A DNA stretch of 64,000 bases from Candidatus Palauibacter ramosifaciens (GTDB lineage: Bacteria > Gemmatimonadota > Gemmatimonadetes > Palauibacterales > Palauibacteraceae). This document shows, in pieces, positions 1-8,246 of the stretch. Location: NCBI GenBank assembly GCA_009845855.1, contig VXYT01000034.1:64820-128819 (forward strand), written 5' to 3'. Position 1 is the stretch's first letter. Each line of letters opens with the position of its first letter. Under the pieces are notes generated by a model that worked only from the letters and a program-made list of their open reading frames with translations, ran no database searches and had not been told where the DNA came from. A program made the position numbers and the translations under genes.

Positions 1-342
1 CAGTCGATTAAGCAGTCGGATCGCGCCGTGCCGTCCATCCTCGTCCAATGCCTTGCAGCACACTGCTTCGACCTGCTCGACCGGCAAGTCCCGATGCTCG
101 ATCGGATTGTGCTCGGTCGGGCCGCACACCGCCGCCACCCCGCGCCCCCATGGCACTACGAGCAGCACCGGCGCGGCCCGGCCCCTGGCCCGCGCCCGGA
201 ACATCGCCCTGAGATCGCTGAGCCGGGGCCGCCGGTGTGACGTGACCACGACGACTTCTAGAGCGAGCGGGCCTCGCCCGAGATAGAGCTTGGCCCGGCG
301 GTCTCCGACGGTGACGCGGCGGGGTTCGAGGTGATCGAGCAT
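1..342 (-). CDS. N-terminal part (114 aa, runs off the window edge) of a probable type IIG / Eco57I-like restriction-modification enzyme
   Basis: Hand translation; not in the ORF track. ATG at 342, open to base 1: MLDHLEPRRVTVGDRRAKLYLGRGPLALEVVVVTSHRRPRLSDLRAMFRARARGRAAPVLLVVPWGRGVAAVCGPTEHNP...LPVEQVEAVCCKALDEDGRHGAIRLLNRL. The LEV..RP....LR...R.RAAPVLLVV..CGP..P pattern resembles N-termini of large Eco57I-type N6-methylase proteins as I recall them. Catalytic motifs would lie outside the window. Confidence 0.5.
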   Translation of the reverse strand, partial: MLDHLEPRRVTVGDRRAKLYLGRGPLALEVVVVTSHRRPRLSDLRAMFRARARGRAAPVLLVVPWGRGVAAVCGPTEHNPIEHRDLPVEQVEAVCCKALDEDGRHGAIRLLNRL

Positions 343-731
343 TGCGCGAAGGATGTAGTTCCGGATCAGAGGACGAAGTTGAAGGCAGTCAACCTAGCCA
401 CGATCCCTAGGCGGTGCGACCTGACTGGCCAGTTTCCGCGCACCCATCCCTTGCGATCCAACATGCACGCTGCACCGAACCTCGTTATCCGGCAGAGTCG
501 ACGGGCCGTCACCCTCCACCCGATCGCTACTACCCACCGCCGCTCTGGACCTACCACGTGGGGCGGTCGTCCCGAACGTTCCTCGCCACTACATCGCGCT
601 CATCGACGAGTCTCCCGGCGCCTACAACCACGGGGCTTCCTCGCAAAAGGTCCCGTCCGCCCTCGCCACGCCCCAATCTTGGCGCCCCGCCAGCAACAAA
701 TGCGGACGTCGTCACTCAATCAACGCCCCCC

Positions 732-1433
732 TTACTCCGGCTCTTCGGACGTGAACCGTGCGTCACCTAACCCGGAAGTGGGCATCATCAGCGCAATGTC
801 CTCTAAACTACCAACAGCAAAGTCGATTCGGTCAACGTCTCCACCTTCGCCATCGCACAACGCTAGACGGCACTCCCGCTCTAGCTCGAAGAACGGATCT
901 TTACGAAACGCCCGCTCCAACGCCGACATCGGATCCTGGAGATGAAGATTCATGGTCTGAGCCGACAAACTCTCGTCGCAATACTCTACGAAGCCCCACT
1001 TCCATGCCTTTACGCGTGACGGAATCGCCTCCTTGACTCGATCAGTAAACTCCGACAGATCATGAACAAGTACGGTGTGAGGTCCAAAACGTTGAAGTCT
1101 CGGCAATGACATGGCCATCTGTTCCCCCAATTGCTCCAGCGCAGATGGATCATTCAAATCCACGAAAAACTGAGTCATACAAAACACATATCTCACTTGT
1201 TCATATCCATCGTCGAACCTCAGCCGTTTCACACCGGGAAGTTCAATACCATTCACCCACACACTCGGTTCCAGCAAAATCACGCCACCTTCATCTGTAT
1301 CTCGTCGTTCACTGTCCTCTGTATCACGGTAAGAACTAAGTCGCCCCGCTGAAATCCGCCCTTCCGTCAGGAAGGCATCGGCGTGCTCCTTGTGATCAAA
1401 TACTTTTGCCAATAGTGTGGCTTGTTGACTCAA
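732..1433 (-). CDS. Hypothetical protein with a DUF2971-like C-terminal motif
   Basis: 233-aa low-GC ORF. N-terminal K.F...HA..F..G...LS.YR..E...R.D.DEG pattern and C-terminal FRKDPFFELERECRLAL (K...F..E.E.R). Confidence 0.6.
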   Translation of the reverse strand: MSQQATLLAKVFDHKEHADAFLTEGRISAGRLSSYRDTEDSERRDTDEGGVILLEPSVWVNGIELPGVKRLRFDDGYEQVRYVFCMTQFFVDLNDPSALEQLGEQMAMSLPRLQRFGPHTVLVHDLSEFTDRVKEAIPSRVKAWKWGFVEYCDESLSAQTMNLHLQDPMSALERAFRKDPFFELERECRLALCDGEGGDVDRIDFAVGSLEDIALMMPTSGLGDARFTSEEPE

Positions 1434-1464
1434 TGAACCATCCTCCTTGTTGCCACGCCTTTCT

Positions 1465-2517
1465 CTAAGCGTCTCGCACGGCGTCTACCGACTCCTGCTC
1501 GTCCCGCTTCTCCCTTAGTCTTCGCTGATCTTCCTCTTGCCATTCATACGGTGTCACTTTGAAGGTGAACGACACGTTACGAAACTTCTGCTTGAGAGGC
1601 ATCATGACGTTCCTGTGCCACTCCGCTCTACCCGCTTCTTCGCCCGGTCGAAAACCGTCAATGATGGCAAGCAATACGTACAACAGGTAAGATCGAGCTT
1701 TATCCGCAACAATTTTCATGTCTACTGGTGATCGAATCGGGATGATGGATTGACGACCATCTTGACCAACATGAAACGTCTTACGAAGACCGCTGCTTGC
1801 ATGGACCTCACCGGACCATTGACGATAGAGCAATTCAAAATCATCTAGCCGATCTAAATGCCGCGCAAGTTCCCATAAGTTCTTCGGACCGTTCCACAAT
1901 GAATGCCATCGCCAACGACGACCTGATGCCTGCGCTGCTTTGTGAACCTCTTGCAAATACGGCGCATCCCGAAGGGTCCGAAATCGCTGTAACTCTTCCT
2001 CAACTCGCGCCAGAAGTTCGTCATCGATTTCCCGCATAAGGTCATCGGACAGCTTTCCGGCTTGTATGGCCTTGTGCCGTTCCATTCGGTTGCGGACATT
2101 ATTGTACAACCATGCTAACGCTCGACGCTCGACATCCTCGTTGCAAATGTACTGGACAGCAAGCATCGCCTCGAACGAACCTCGCAACATCATCTTCGCG
2201 GGGTGGACACAAGAGTTGGACAACGCCACCTCAATCGCATCCGTAACTTCAATGATGTGGCGAAAGAGTACAACGGGCGCTACGAACGCCGCCTTATGCA
2301 TGGAAGCTGGACCGGTTTCTACGATACGAGCAAACGCCCATGTCGAGTAGTTGACGGCCTCGCGGAGCATAGGGCTGATGACCTCCATCAACCCGCTGGT
2401 GCTCTCTATTGCACGATCGCGATCCAGAACGGGTTTGAACGAATCGGTCAGCACAGGTTCGTCTCCTCCTATCCGAGGATACACAGTGCCAGCCACGGCC
2501 CAAGCCAAGGCGCGCAA
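1465..2517 (-). CDS. DUF5677-family (HEPN-like) protein
   Basis: 350-aa helical ORF with LRGSFEA, W....GPKNL.ELA and LYRQWSGEVH (Y...S..VH) motifs typical of DUF5677. Start uncertain. Confidence 0.65.
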   Translation of the reverse strand: MRALAWAVAGTVYPRIGGDEPVLTDSFKPVLDRDRAIESTSGLMEVISPMLREAVNYSTWAFARIVETGPASMHKAAFVAPVVLFRHIIEVTDAIEVALSNSCVHPAKMMLRGSFEAMLAVQYICNEDVERRALAWLYNNVRNRMERHKAIQAGKLSDDLMREIDDELLARVEEELQRFRTLRDAPYLQEVHKAAQASGRRWRWHSLWNGPKNLWELARHLDRLDDFELLYRQWSGEVHASSGLRKTFHVGQDGRQSIIPIRSPVDMKIVADKARSYLLYVLLAIIDGFRPGEEAGRAEWHRNVMMPLKQKFRNVSFTFKVTPYEWQEEDQRRLREKRDEQESVDAVRDA

Positions 2518-2640
2518 CGCGATCTTGTCACTTATCCACCGGAGGAAGCGCCACGCGGTGGCCCGTGGCGATGTCTTCGCCCACGCGACGGGCGCTTCCG
2601 AGGCGCTATGCGCGGCGACCCAGGGGGCGGTGACGCGGCT

Positions 2641-2961
2641 TTAGCCTCCGGCGAACAGGCGTTCGTCCGGCGATGCTACGATGATGGCCCCCCTGTCCGT
2701 GACTGACCCGCGAAGTAGCACGAGTCGGAGCCGCGAACCGTCCTCGAACTCGATGCAGTTGCAGAGGTGTTGGCTGTCCGGCCACTGGTCGCCCCGGCAC
2801 CGCGTCGTCGACGGGAATAGGTGGGGAGAATCGAACCCGGCGGAGTATCGACCGTCGAAGCCCACCCAGTCGAGCGCGTCGAAGATGTCCATCATCCGCG
2901 TCACCCCGACTTCTAGCCGAATCCGCCGCGCCACGTCGTGCGCGATCTTCGTCTTCGTCAT
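2641..2961 (-). CDS. Hypothetical protein (106 aa)
   Basis: ATG start, protein-like composition, co-directional with its neighbours; no family recognised. Confidence 0.5.
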   Translation of the reverse strand: MTKTKIAHDVARRIRLEVGVTRMMDIFDALDWVGFDGRYSAGFDSPHLFPSTTRCRGDQWPDSQHLCNCIEFEDGSRLRLVLLRGSVTDRGAIIVASPDERLFAGG

Positions 2962-3035
2962 GGTGCCCCAGACCGGCCCATTCTAGGGGGCTATCCCTAA
3001 GCTCAATAGCGAGGACACGGCGAACGCGGCAAGCT

Positions 3036-3491
3036 TCATTGCGCTGAGTCCACTTCATCGCACGGCCTGAATCCGAAGCCGACCGGCCCGTAGTCGATGC
3101 AAACCTCACAACACCCCGCGAGTGGCGCCGCCTGCCTCGGGGACGGAGGGGTGCCGGCGATGCGGCCTAGGAGGTCTGTTGCGGCAATCTCCCGCACCTG
3201 CCGGTCAAGCCGGACGAACATTGCCATCGCGGCGGCCTCGCGGCGGCGGTCGGCGGCGATGAGGGCGTTGACCTCTTCAAACATCCGCCGCGACTTGGCA
3301 GGGTCGAAGGTCCCAAGGGCCTGGCGGTACATCCCCCGCACTTCCTCGGGAGTGGGCATGACGCGCTTCAAGTCCCTCAGTGCAACGCGGACGCGGTGGA
3401 TCTGCTCTCTCGCGTCGCGGCGCACAGTGGCCGCCATCGCTATCGCGTCGGCCAAGGGGATCTGTTGACGGTGCCCCTCATTTTCTGCCAT
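3036..3491 (-). CDS. Hypothetical helical protein with a Cys-rich tail
   Basis: ATG at 3491 (MAENEGH) after a purine-rich stretch. Helical, coiled-coil-like body; ends CCEVC...C. Confidence 0.5.
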   Translation of the reverse strand: MAENEGHRQQIPLADAIAMAATVRRDAREQIHRVRVALRDLKRVMPTPEEVRGMYRQALGTFDPAKSRRMFEEVNALIAADRRREAAAMAMFVRLDRQVREIAATDLLGRIAGTPPSPRQAAPLAGCCEVCIDYGPVGFGFRPCDEVDSAQ

Positions 3492-3685
3492 GTGGTACCT
3501 ATCTTCCCGGTTGATGCACCCTTGCCGGTGCGTCCGAGGCCCTAACTTCAAGCGGTGGAGGATTCGGCCCCCGATTCGTCCGGGGGCCGTTCTCGGTGTG
3601 GAAAATACGGGGAAGCGAAAGCCGCCGAAAGCTCTCTAACGGGCGCGGGGAAGAGGCACTGCTGTACCGCGATGGTGGGGCCTTC

Positions 3686-3829
3686 CTTGCCGATCCGTTG
3701 TCGGTACATGAGGCGACGACGGATTAGCCCCGCGACCGCGCGGCGCATCTGGACGATGGTGTCCATCTGGCGGGTGTGTTGCTTCGCGGCGAACTCGTCG
3801 CCGTACCGCTGGAGGTGCTTCGCGCTCAG
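3686..3829 (-). pseudogene. IS1595-family (ISXO2-like) transposase C-terminal remnant
   Basis: Minus-strand frame reads LSAKHLQRYGDEFAAKQHTRQMDTIVQMRRAVAGLIRRRLMYRQRIGK, matching the IS1595 C-terminal S.KHL.RY..EF..R.N.R..DT..QM......G.RL.Y..LI pattern. An in-frame TGA lies two codons upstream of this segment, so the DDE core is gone. Confidence 0.75.
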
Positions 3830-3911
3830 CGTTCAACCGCACCAAGTCCGCCATGTAGGACATGCATGCGGAGTGGCCGAGAAGGTTCGACGATTCCCCG
3901 ACACGACGAAA

Positions 3912-4226
3912 TCAATCCGGATTGTTCTCTCTTCTCAGTTCACAGTATTCAATCGTTGCCAGTGTGATTTCTGGACAGATGCGTTGCCCTGCTATCCATC
4001 TGACGAGTCTCGAGCGGATGTCGGGATCCGTTTCAACGATACCCTTCAGCCGAAGACCTACGTGCCCCGTCATCCGGTATGGTCCACAAGCATCGCAATC
4101 CCACACGTGCTTGTCCTTGTTCTCGACACGGATCGGCGCCGGAACTGGAGCGTCGCAGATCTGACAGCAGAAGGATCTTCTGAGTGTCTTGGATAGGGCA
4201 TCAGGAAGCCCATGACGGTGGTTCAT
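3912..4226 (-). CDS. Small zinc-ribbon (CxxC...CxxC) hypothetical protein
   Basis: ATG at 4226 after GGGGAAGAGG; CQIC...WDCDACGPYRMT motif; 104 aa. Confidence 0.55.
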   Translation of the reverse strand: MNHRHGLPDALSKTLRRSFCCQICDAPVPAPIRVENKDKHVWDCDACGPYRMTGHVGLRLKGIVETDPDIRSRLVRWIAGQRICPEITLATIEYCELRRENNPD

Positions 4227-4297
4227 CCGTTCGTCCTCTTCCCCCGAGTTGCGCTTTCCTCCGCACCGTGCCGACACGCCCTAACGGCTGCGGATTC

Positions 4298-4729
4298 CTA
4301 ACAGCTGCTTGCCTCGACGATCTCGCCGATGACGTCCGTGGCGCTCGTCGACGAGTTAAGACACCACGTTCGCTGCGACGCTGCGTGTTTCGCCGTGATC
4401 CGGTAGCCGTCCTCATAAGCCGTCACCGTCAGCGCGACATTGCGGCTGGCTTGGAAGTCGACAGTTCCGTCACCGTCGAGATCCGTCGAGCCACCCGCCG
4501 CGATAGTGCTTGTCACGTAGGCTTGTGTGGCGAGGAAGTGTGCCTCTTCGACCCTCATCATGCTGTAAATGTCGCTTCGAGCTGTGGCATCGAACGTCTC
4601 TTGCTTCATTCTAGTGAACCGCGGGATTGCGATGGCCGCCAAGATGCCAACGATTACTACGATAATCAGGAGTTCGATGAGAGTGAAACCCGCTGCCGTC
4701 TTCAACGTCCCTTTTGATTCTCTCTTCAT
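4298..4729 (-). CDS. Type IV pilin / prepilin-type N-terminal cleavage-methylation protein
   Basis: Class III signal G|FTLIELLIIVVIVGILAAIAIPRF with Glu at +5; C-terminal Cys pair (WC...SSC). Confidence 0.92.
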   Translation of the reverse strand: MKRESKGTLKTAAGFTLIELLIIVVIVGILAAIAIPRFTRMKQETFDATARSDIYSMMRVEEAHFLATQAYVTSTIAAGGSTDLDGDGTVDFQASRNVALTVTAYEDGYRITAKHAASQRTWCLNSSTSATDVIGEIVEASSC

Positions 4730-4906
4730 TCTCGTCCCATCCTCTCGTCACACAGATTGTCGGCAACGCCCCGTCGCGCAGGACGAGGGGGCAGTCGCCT
4801 GGCGAGCACTGTGGAGTCTGCAATGGCCCCCGGACGATCAAGCTCTTCTTGAGTTCGGTATATCATCTGCCGATAACAAAGAACCGACGAGCCGGGACTG
4901 CCGCCG

Positions 4907-5527
4907 CTACCAATCCGGCGGTTCATCGAAGCCTGAGACCGCGCGGACTTGCCCATCCCTCAGGAAGACCGTAAGCGAATGGACGCGACCGGTGCCATCG
5001 TACAACGGCTGGCGGAGATCCCCGACTCCTGTTGGGGGCCTCGATGGTGGCAACCCCAGCGCCCGTAGCGCTTCCGGCACGGTGGCGAACCCGTTCGCAA
5101 TAGCGGCCGTCCATGAACGGACGACGGCGACGCCATCGACTGACTCAGGCCGTGCTCGCAAGCGCAGACTCCACCTCTTACCATCGAAACGGAGCCACCG
5201 GTCGGCTCCGACCGCGCGGTCCGCGATGGCCGGTCCGTACCTTGTGAAGGCCTCATCGATTGTGGCGCCAAGAAGATCACGAACGTCGGGAGCCAAGACG
5301 CCTTCGGCATCACTCTCATGCTGCGACATGCGAGGAAGTAAGGGGGCTGCGGGGCAGCACCGCAAGCCGCCTACCCTCCCCTCCAGATCCGTCGCGGGGT
5401 CGATCGTGTCGAGACCTTCAAGCCGGCCCGGGTCGGGGACGAGCAAGGTGCGCGTCACGAGACTCACGCCCACGAGCACGAGCGCGGCGCCCAGCGCCTT
5501 GCGTTCCGCGCGATTCAGATCCCACAC
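4907..5527 (-). pseudogene. Chimeric ORF: probable comEA 5' end fused at ~5378 to unrelated lower-GC coding sequence
   Basis: The first ~50 codons (MWDLNRAERKALGAALVLVGVSLVTRTLL...TDLEG) have a strong RBS, backbone codon usage and a membrane anchor of the ComEA type. No helix-hairpin-helix follows, and codon style changes after TDLEG. The comEA identity is inference. Confidence 0.4.
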
Positions 5528-5597
5528 CCCTCACCTCCCCTCGTAGCAGGTCCGATTCCTGCCCGAGGATCGGGGAGCGGATCAACCGGTCATCAAA

Positions 5598-6278
5598 TCA
5601 GAAGATGAAGACGATCTCGGCCCAGCCGTCGACCGGGGTCCCGTGGCGGAGCGCGGGGCGGTACTCCCACGCCCGCACCTGGCGCATGATGTCGCGGTTG
5701 AAGTCCTCGTCCGGGGTCGGGGGATCGAGTTCGACGAGGCTGGGACGCCCGGTCGCGTCGACGAAAACGCGCACCGTCACCTCCATGCCGCGGACGGCGC
5801 TCGGCGGGTCCCAGTGCGGCACGACGGACCTCGGCACGGGCGACACGTAGCCGTCGCCCTCGCCGCCGCCCGCTCCTTCCTCGCCGGCGCCGAACCCGGC
5901 CCCGAGACCGGGCGACGGTGCCGGCGCACCGACGGGGAGCAGTTCGGAGGCCACGTCGATCTCCGCCTCGCGTACCTGGATCTCGGGCATGTCGACGGCG
6001 AGGACGGGCCGCGGCGGCGGAGGGATCTCGATCCGGCGCGGCATGGAGACCCTGACCGCCATCAGGCCGCCCCCGCCGGCGGTGAGATCGGGATCGACGC
6101 CGGGCCGCGCCGCCGGCTCGAACTCGGGCGCCGGGCGCACCCACAGGAGGAGGAGGAACGCGTGCAGGAGAACGGAAGCGAGCATCCCGCCCCACCACAC
6201 GGCCCGCTCGCGGCCACGGGAACGCGATGAGGCGACCCGGTATCGCCAGTCCGGCCGTTTCCTTGTCGTCGTGCGCAC
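5598..6278 (-). CDS. TonB-family energy transducer
   Basis: N-terminal TM helix with SVLLH (SxxxH TonB motif), Pro/Gly-rich linker, C-terminal VRVFVDATG...WEYRPALRHG.PV domain. Confidence 0.85.
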   Translation of the reverse strand: MRTTTRKRPDWRYRVASSRSRGRERAVWWGGMLASVLLHAFLLLLWVRPAPEFEPAARPGVDPDLTAGGGGLMAVRVSMPRRIEIPPPPRPVLAVDMPEIQVREAEIDVASELLPVGAPAPSPGLGAGFGAGEEGAGGGEGDGYVSPVPRSVVPHWDPPSAVRGMEVTVRVFVDATGRPSLVELDPPTPDEDFNRDIMRQVRAWEYRPALRHGTPVDGWAEIVFIF

Positions 6279-6485
6279 AGGTCCGATCCGACTCCAGAAT
6301 GGTCGCGAGGCCGCCGGGACGGCGCCCCGCGGCCGTCAGCGGCTCCCCGCTGAAGCATCGTACGGAAGGCCGCCCCCCCGGGTTCCCGGCGCTTGCCGCC
6401 TGGTCAGACCCTCCGGCGGATGCAGCGGCGCTCGAATGGCCGGGGTATTTCCGGGACACGACACTAGCAGCCATCTTCCGTCGCC

Positions 6486-7517
6486 ATGAAAGCGATCCGC
6501 AAACCCGGGCCGGCCCCCGGCCTCGCGATGTGCGACGCGCCGGTGCCCGAGATTCGCTCCCGCGACGTGCTCGTGAAGGTGCGGCGAGCGGGGATCTGCG
6601 GCACGGACCTGCACATTCACCAGTGGGACCGCTGGTCGCGGCATCGCGTGAATCCGCCCGTCACGCTCGGCCACGAATTCATGGGAGAGGTCGTCGAGAC
6701 CGGCCGGCTGGTGCGGAACATCGAGGTCGGCGACCGCGTCTCGGCGGAGGGGCACCTGGTCTGCGGACACTGCGAGTACTGCGGCACCGAGCAGGCGCAC
6801 GTGTGCCGGGACACGCGGATCATCGGCATCGACCGGGACGGCGCGTTCGCGGAGTACGTTTCCATCCCCGCGGCGAACATCATCCACGTCCCCGACTCCA
6901 TCGACGACGACCTGGCGGCGGTGTTCGATCCGCTCGGGAACGCTTTCCACACAGTTCTGCACACGGACGTGGCAGGCCGGGTCGTCGCCGTGGTCGGCTG
7001 CGGCCCGATCGGCCTGTTCGCCGTCGGGATCGCGCGCGCGGCGGGAGCCTCCAGGGTCATCGCGGTCGAGCCGCACGAGGGGCGGCGGGAACTCGCGGCG
7101 CGCATGGGCGCGCACGACTGCCTCGACCCGGCCGACGGCGACGTGGAGGCGCGGATCGCCGACGTCACGCACGGCTACGGGGCGCACGTGGTGTGCGAGA
7201 TGAGCGGACACCCCGAGGGCGTGCGCTCCGCGTTCCGCATGTGCCGCAACGGCGGGCACGTCCGGCTGCTGGGGCTTCCCAAGGATCCGGTGGAGGTCGA
7301 CCTCGCGCGCGACGTCATCTTCAAGGGCCTCCACGTGTACGGCGTGGTGGGGCGGCTCATGTACCGGACGTGGATCGAGATGCGGGACTTCCTGGCGTCG
7401 GGGCGTCTCGATGTCGGGCCCGTGATCACCCACCGGCTGCCGTTCGACCGCTTCGAGGAAGGCTTCGACTCCATGTATTCCGGCGAGGCGGCGAAGGTCG
7501 TCCTCATGCTGGACTAG
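6486..7517 (+). CDS. tdh: L-threonine 3-dehydrogenase
   Basis: GICGTDLH, GHE, structural Zn C..C..C...C, GCGPIG; lies near kbl. Confidence 0.95.
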   Translation: MKAIRKPGPAPGLAMCDAPVPEIRSRDVLVKVRRAGICGTDLHIHQWDRWSRHRVNPPVTLGHEFMGEVVETGRLVRNIEVGDRVSAEGHLVCGHCEYCGTEQAHVCRDTRIIGIDRDGAFAEYVSIPAANIIHVPDSIDDDLAAVFDPLGNAFHTVLHTDVAGRVVAVVGCGPIGLFAVGIARAAGASRVIAVEPHEGRRELAARMGAHDCLDPADGDVEARIADVTHGYGAHVVCEMSGHPEGVRSAFRMCRNGGHVRLLGLPKDPVEVDLARDVIFKGLHVYGVVGRLMYRTWIEMRDFLASGRLDVGPVITHRLPFDRFEEGFDSMYSGEAAKVVLMLD

Positions 7518-7530
7518 CAGCCCGGTCCCC

Positions 7531-8193
7531 GTGGCGCGCGCCGCCGCCCCCGTCGTCCCGGCCTTCGCCGCCGCCGCGCTGCTGGCGGCCGGGTGCTGGC
7601 GGATCGGGGAGGGTGCCCCCAGCGAGGCGCTCGTCACCTGGGTCGCATATCCCGAGACGGTCGAGGTGGGCGCGCCATTCTCCTTCGAGTTCGGCGGTCC
7701 CGTGTCCGAGGACCAGTGCGGCCGGCTGGACACCGCCACGCTCGCGGTCACCGACTCCTCGATCGACCTCGCGGCCCGGCGGAGCACCTTCCGCACCATG
7801 TGCGCGCCGCAGCACGTCAGCTTCTACGAGGCACGGCCGATCACGCTCGAGACCCCCGGGCGCTACCGGATCCGCACCGCGACGGATATCGATCTCGGCA
7901 CGCTCGTCGCGACGGACAGCGGGGGATTCTCCGGCATCCGCACCTGGGGCGAGGGGACGATCCGCGAGGCCGCCGGGTGCTGGCTGTTCGGTCCGGGGTG
8001 GATCGGGAGCCAGCGGGTATTCGCGCTCGACGGCCTCAGCCCCGAGCTTCGCGAGGCGGGGACCGATCGCGTCCTCCATGTCCGCGGGCAGTTGCGAGGC
8101 TTCATCTCGTGCGGCAACTGGGGGTCGCGCCCCAGAATCCGTGTGGACACCGCGTGGGCCACCGACAAGCGGGTCGGCGACCTCTACCCCTGA
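7531..8193 (+). CDS. Hypothetical lipoprotein
   Basis: Signal peptide with lipobox LAAGC; beta-rich 220-aa ORF with backbone codon usage. Confidence 0.7.
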   Translation: MARAAAPVVPAFAAAALLAAGCWRIGEGAPSEALVTWVAYPETVEVGAPFSFEFGGPVSEDQCGRLDTATLAVTDSSIDLAARRSTFRTMCAPQHVSFYEARPITLETPGRYRIRTATDIDLGTLVATDSGGFSGIRTWGEGTIREAAGCWLFGPGWIGSQRVFALDGLSPELREAGTDRVLHVRGQLRGFISCGNWGSRPRIRVDTAWATDKRVGDLYP

Positions 8194-8246
8194 GCGATGC
8201 GATCCGGGACGACGCGATCATGACACTGTATGAGGAGCGGGATGGG

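Larger units (their letters stand above)
1..5378. mobile_element. Accessory/defence-like island, right-hand part
   Basis: Visibly lower GC and more A/T-ending codons than the backbone from ~5400 on. All credible genes are on the minus strand. Contains an R-M-like start, DUF2971-like and DUF5677 ORFs, an IS remnant and a pilin. No integrase or att site seen in the window. Confidence 0.55.

Noticed and set aside
366-730. Small ORFs between the R-M-like gene and the 732-1433 gene
   Set aside because: No RBS, motif or codon bias to support them; treated as intergenic.
3912-4226. Zinc-ribbon ORF as the N-terminus of the IS1595 transposase
   Set aside because: Spacing and downstream residues do not match the IS1595 zinc ribbon, the ORF has its own stop, and no DDE core lies between it and the stub.
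3538-4303. Several CTAAC / GTTAGGG motifs (3542, 3636, 4281, 4298) resembling integron attC R boxes ahead of small minus-strand genes
   Set aside because: No complementary partner box or L-box hairpin at attC spacing, and no integron integrase in view. IntegronFinder would settle it.
4730-4906. sigma54 promoter upstream of the pilin
   Set aside because: No GG-N10-GC element with the TGGCAC/TTGC consensus was found on the minus strand.
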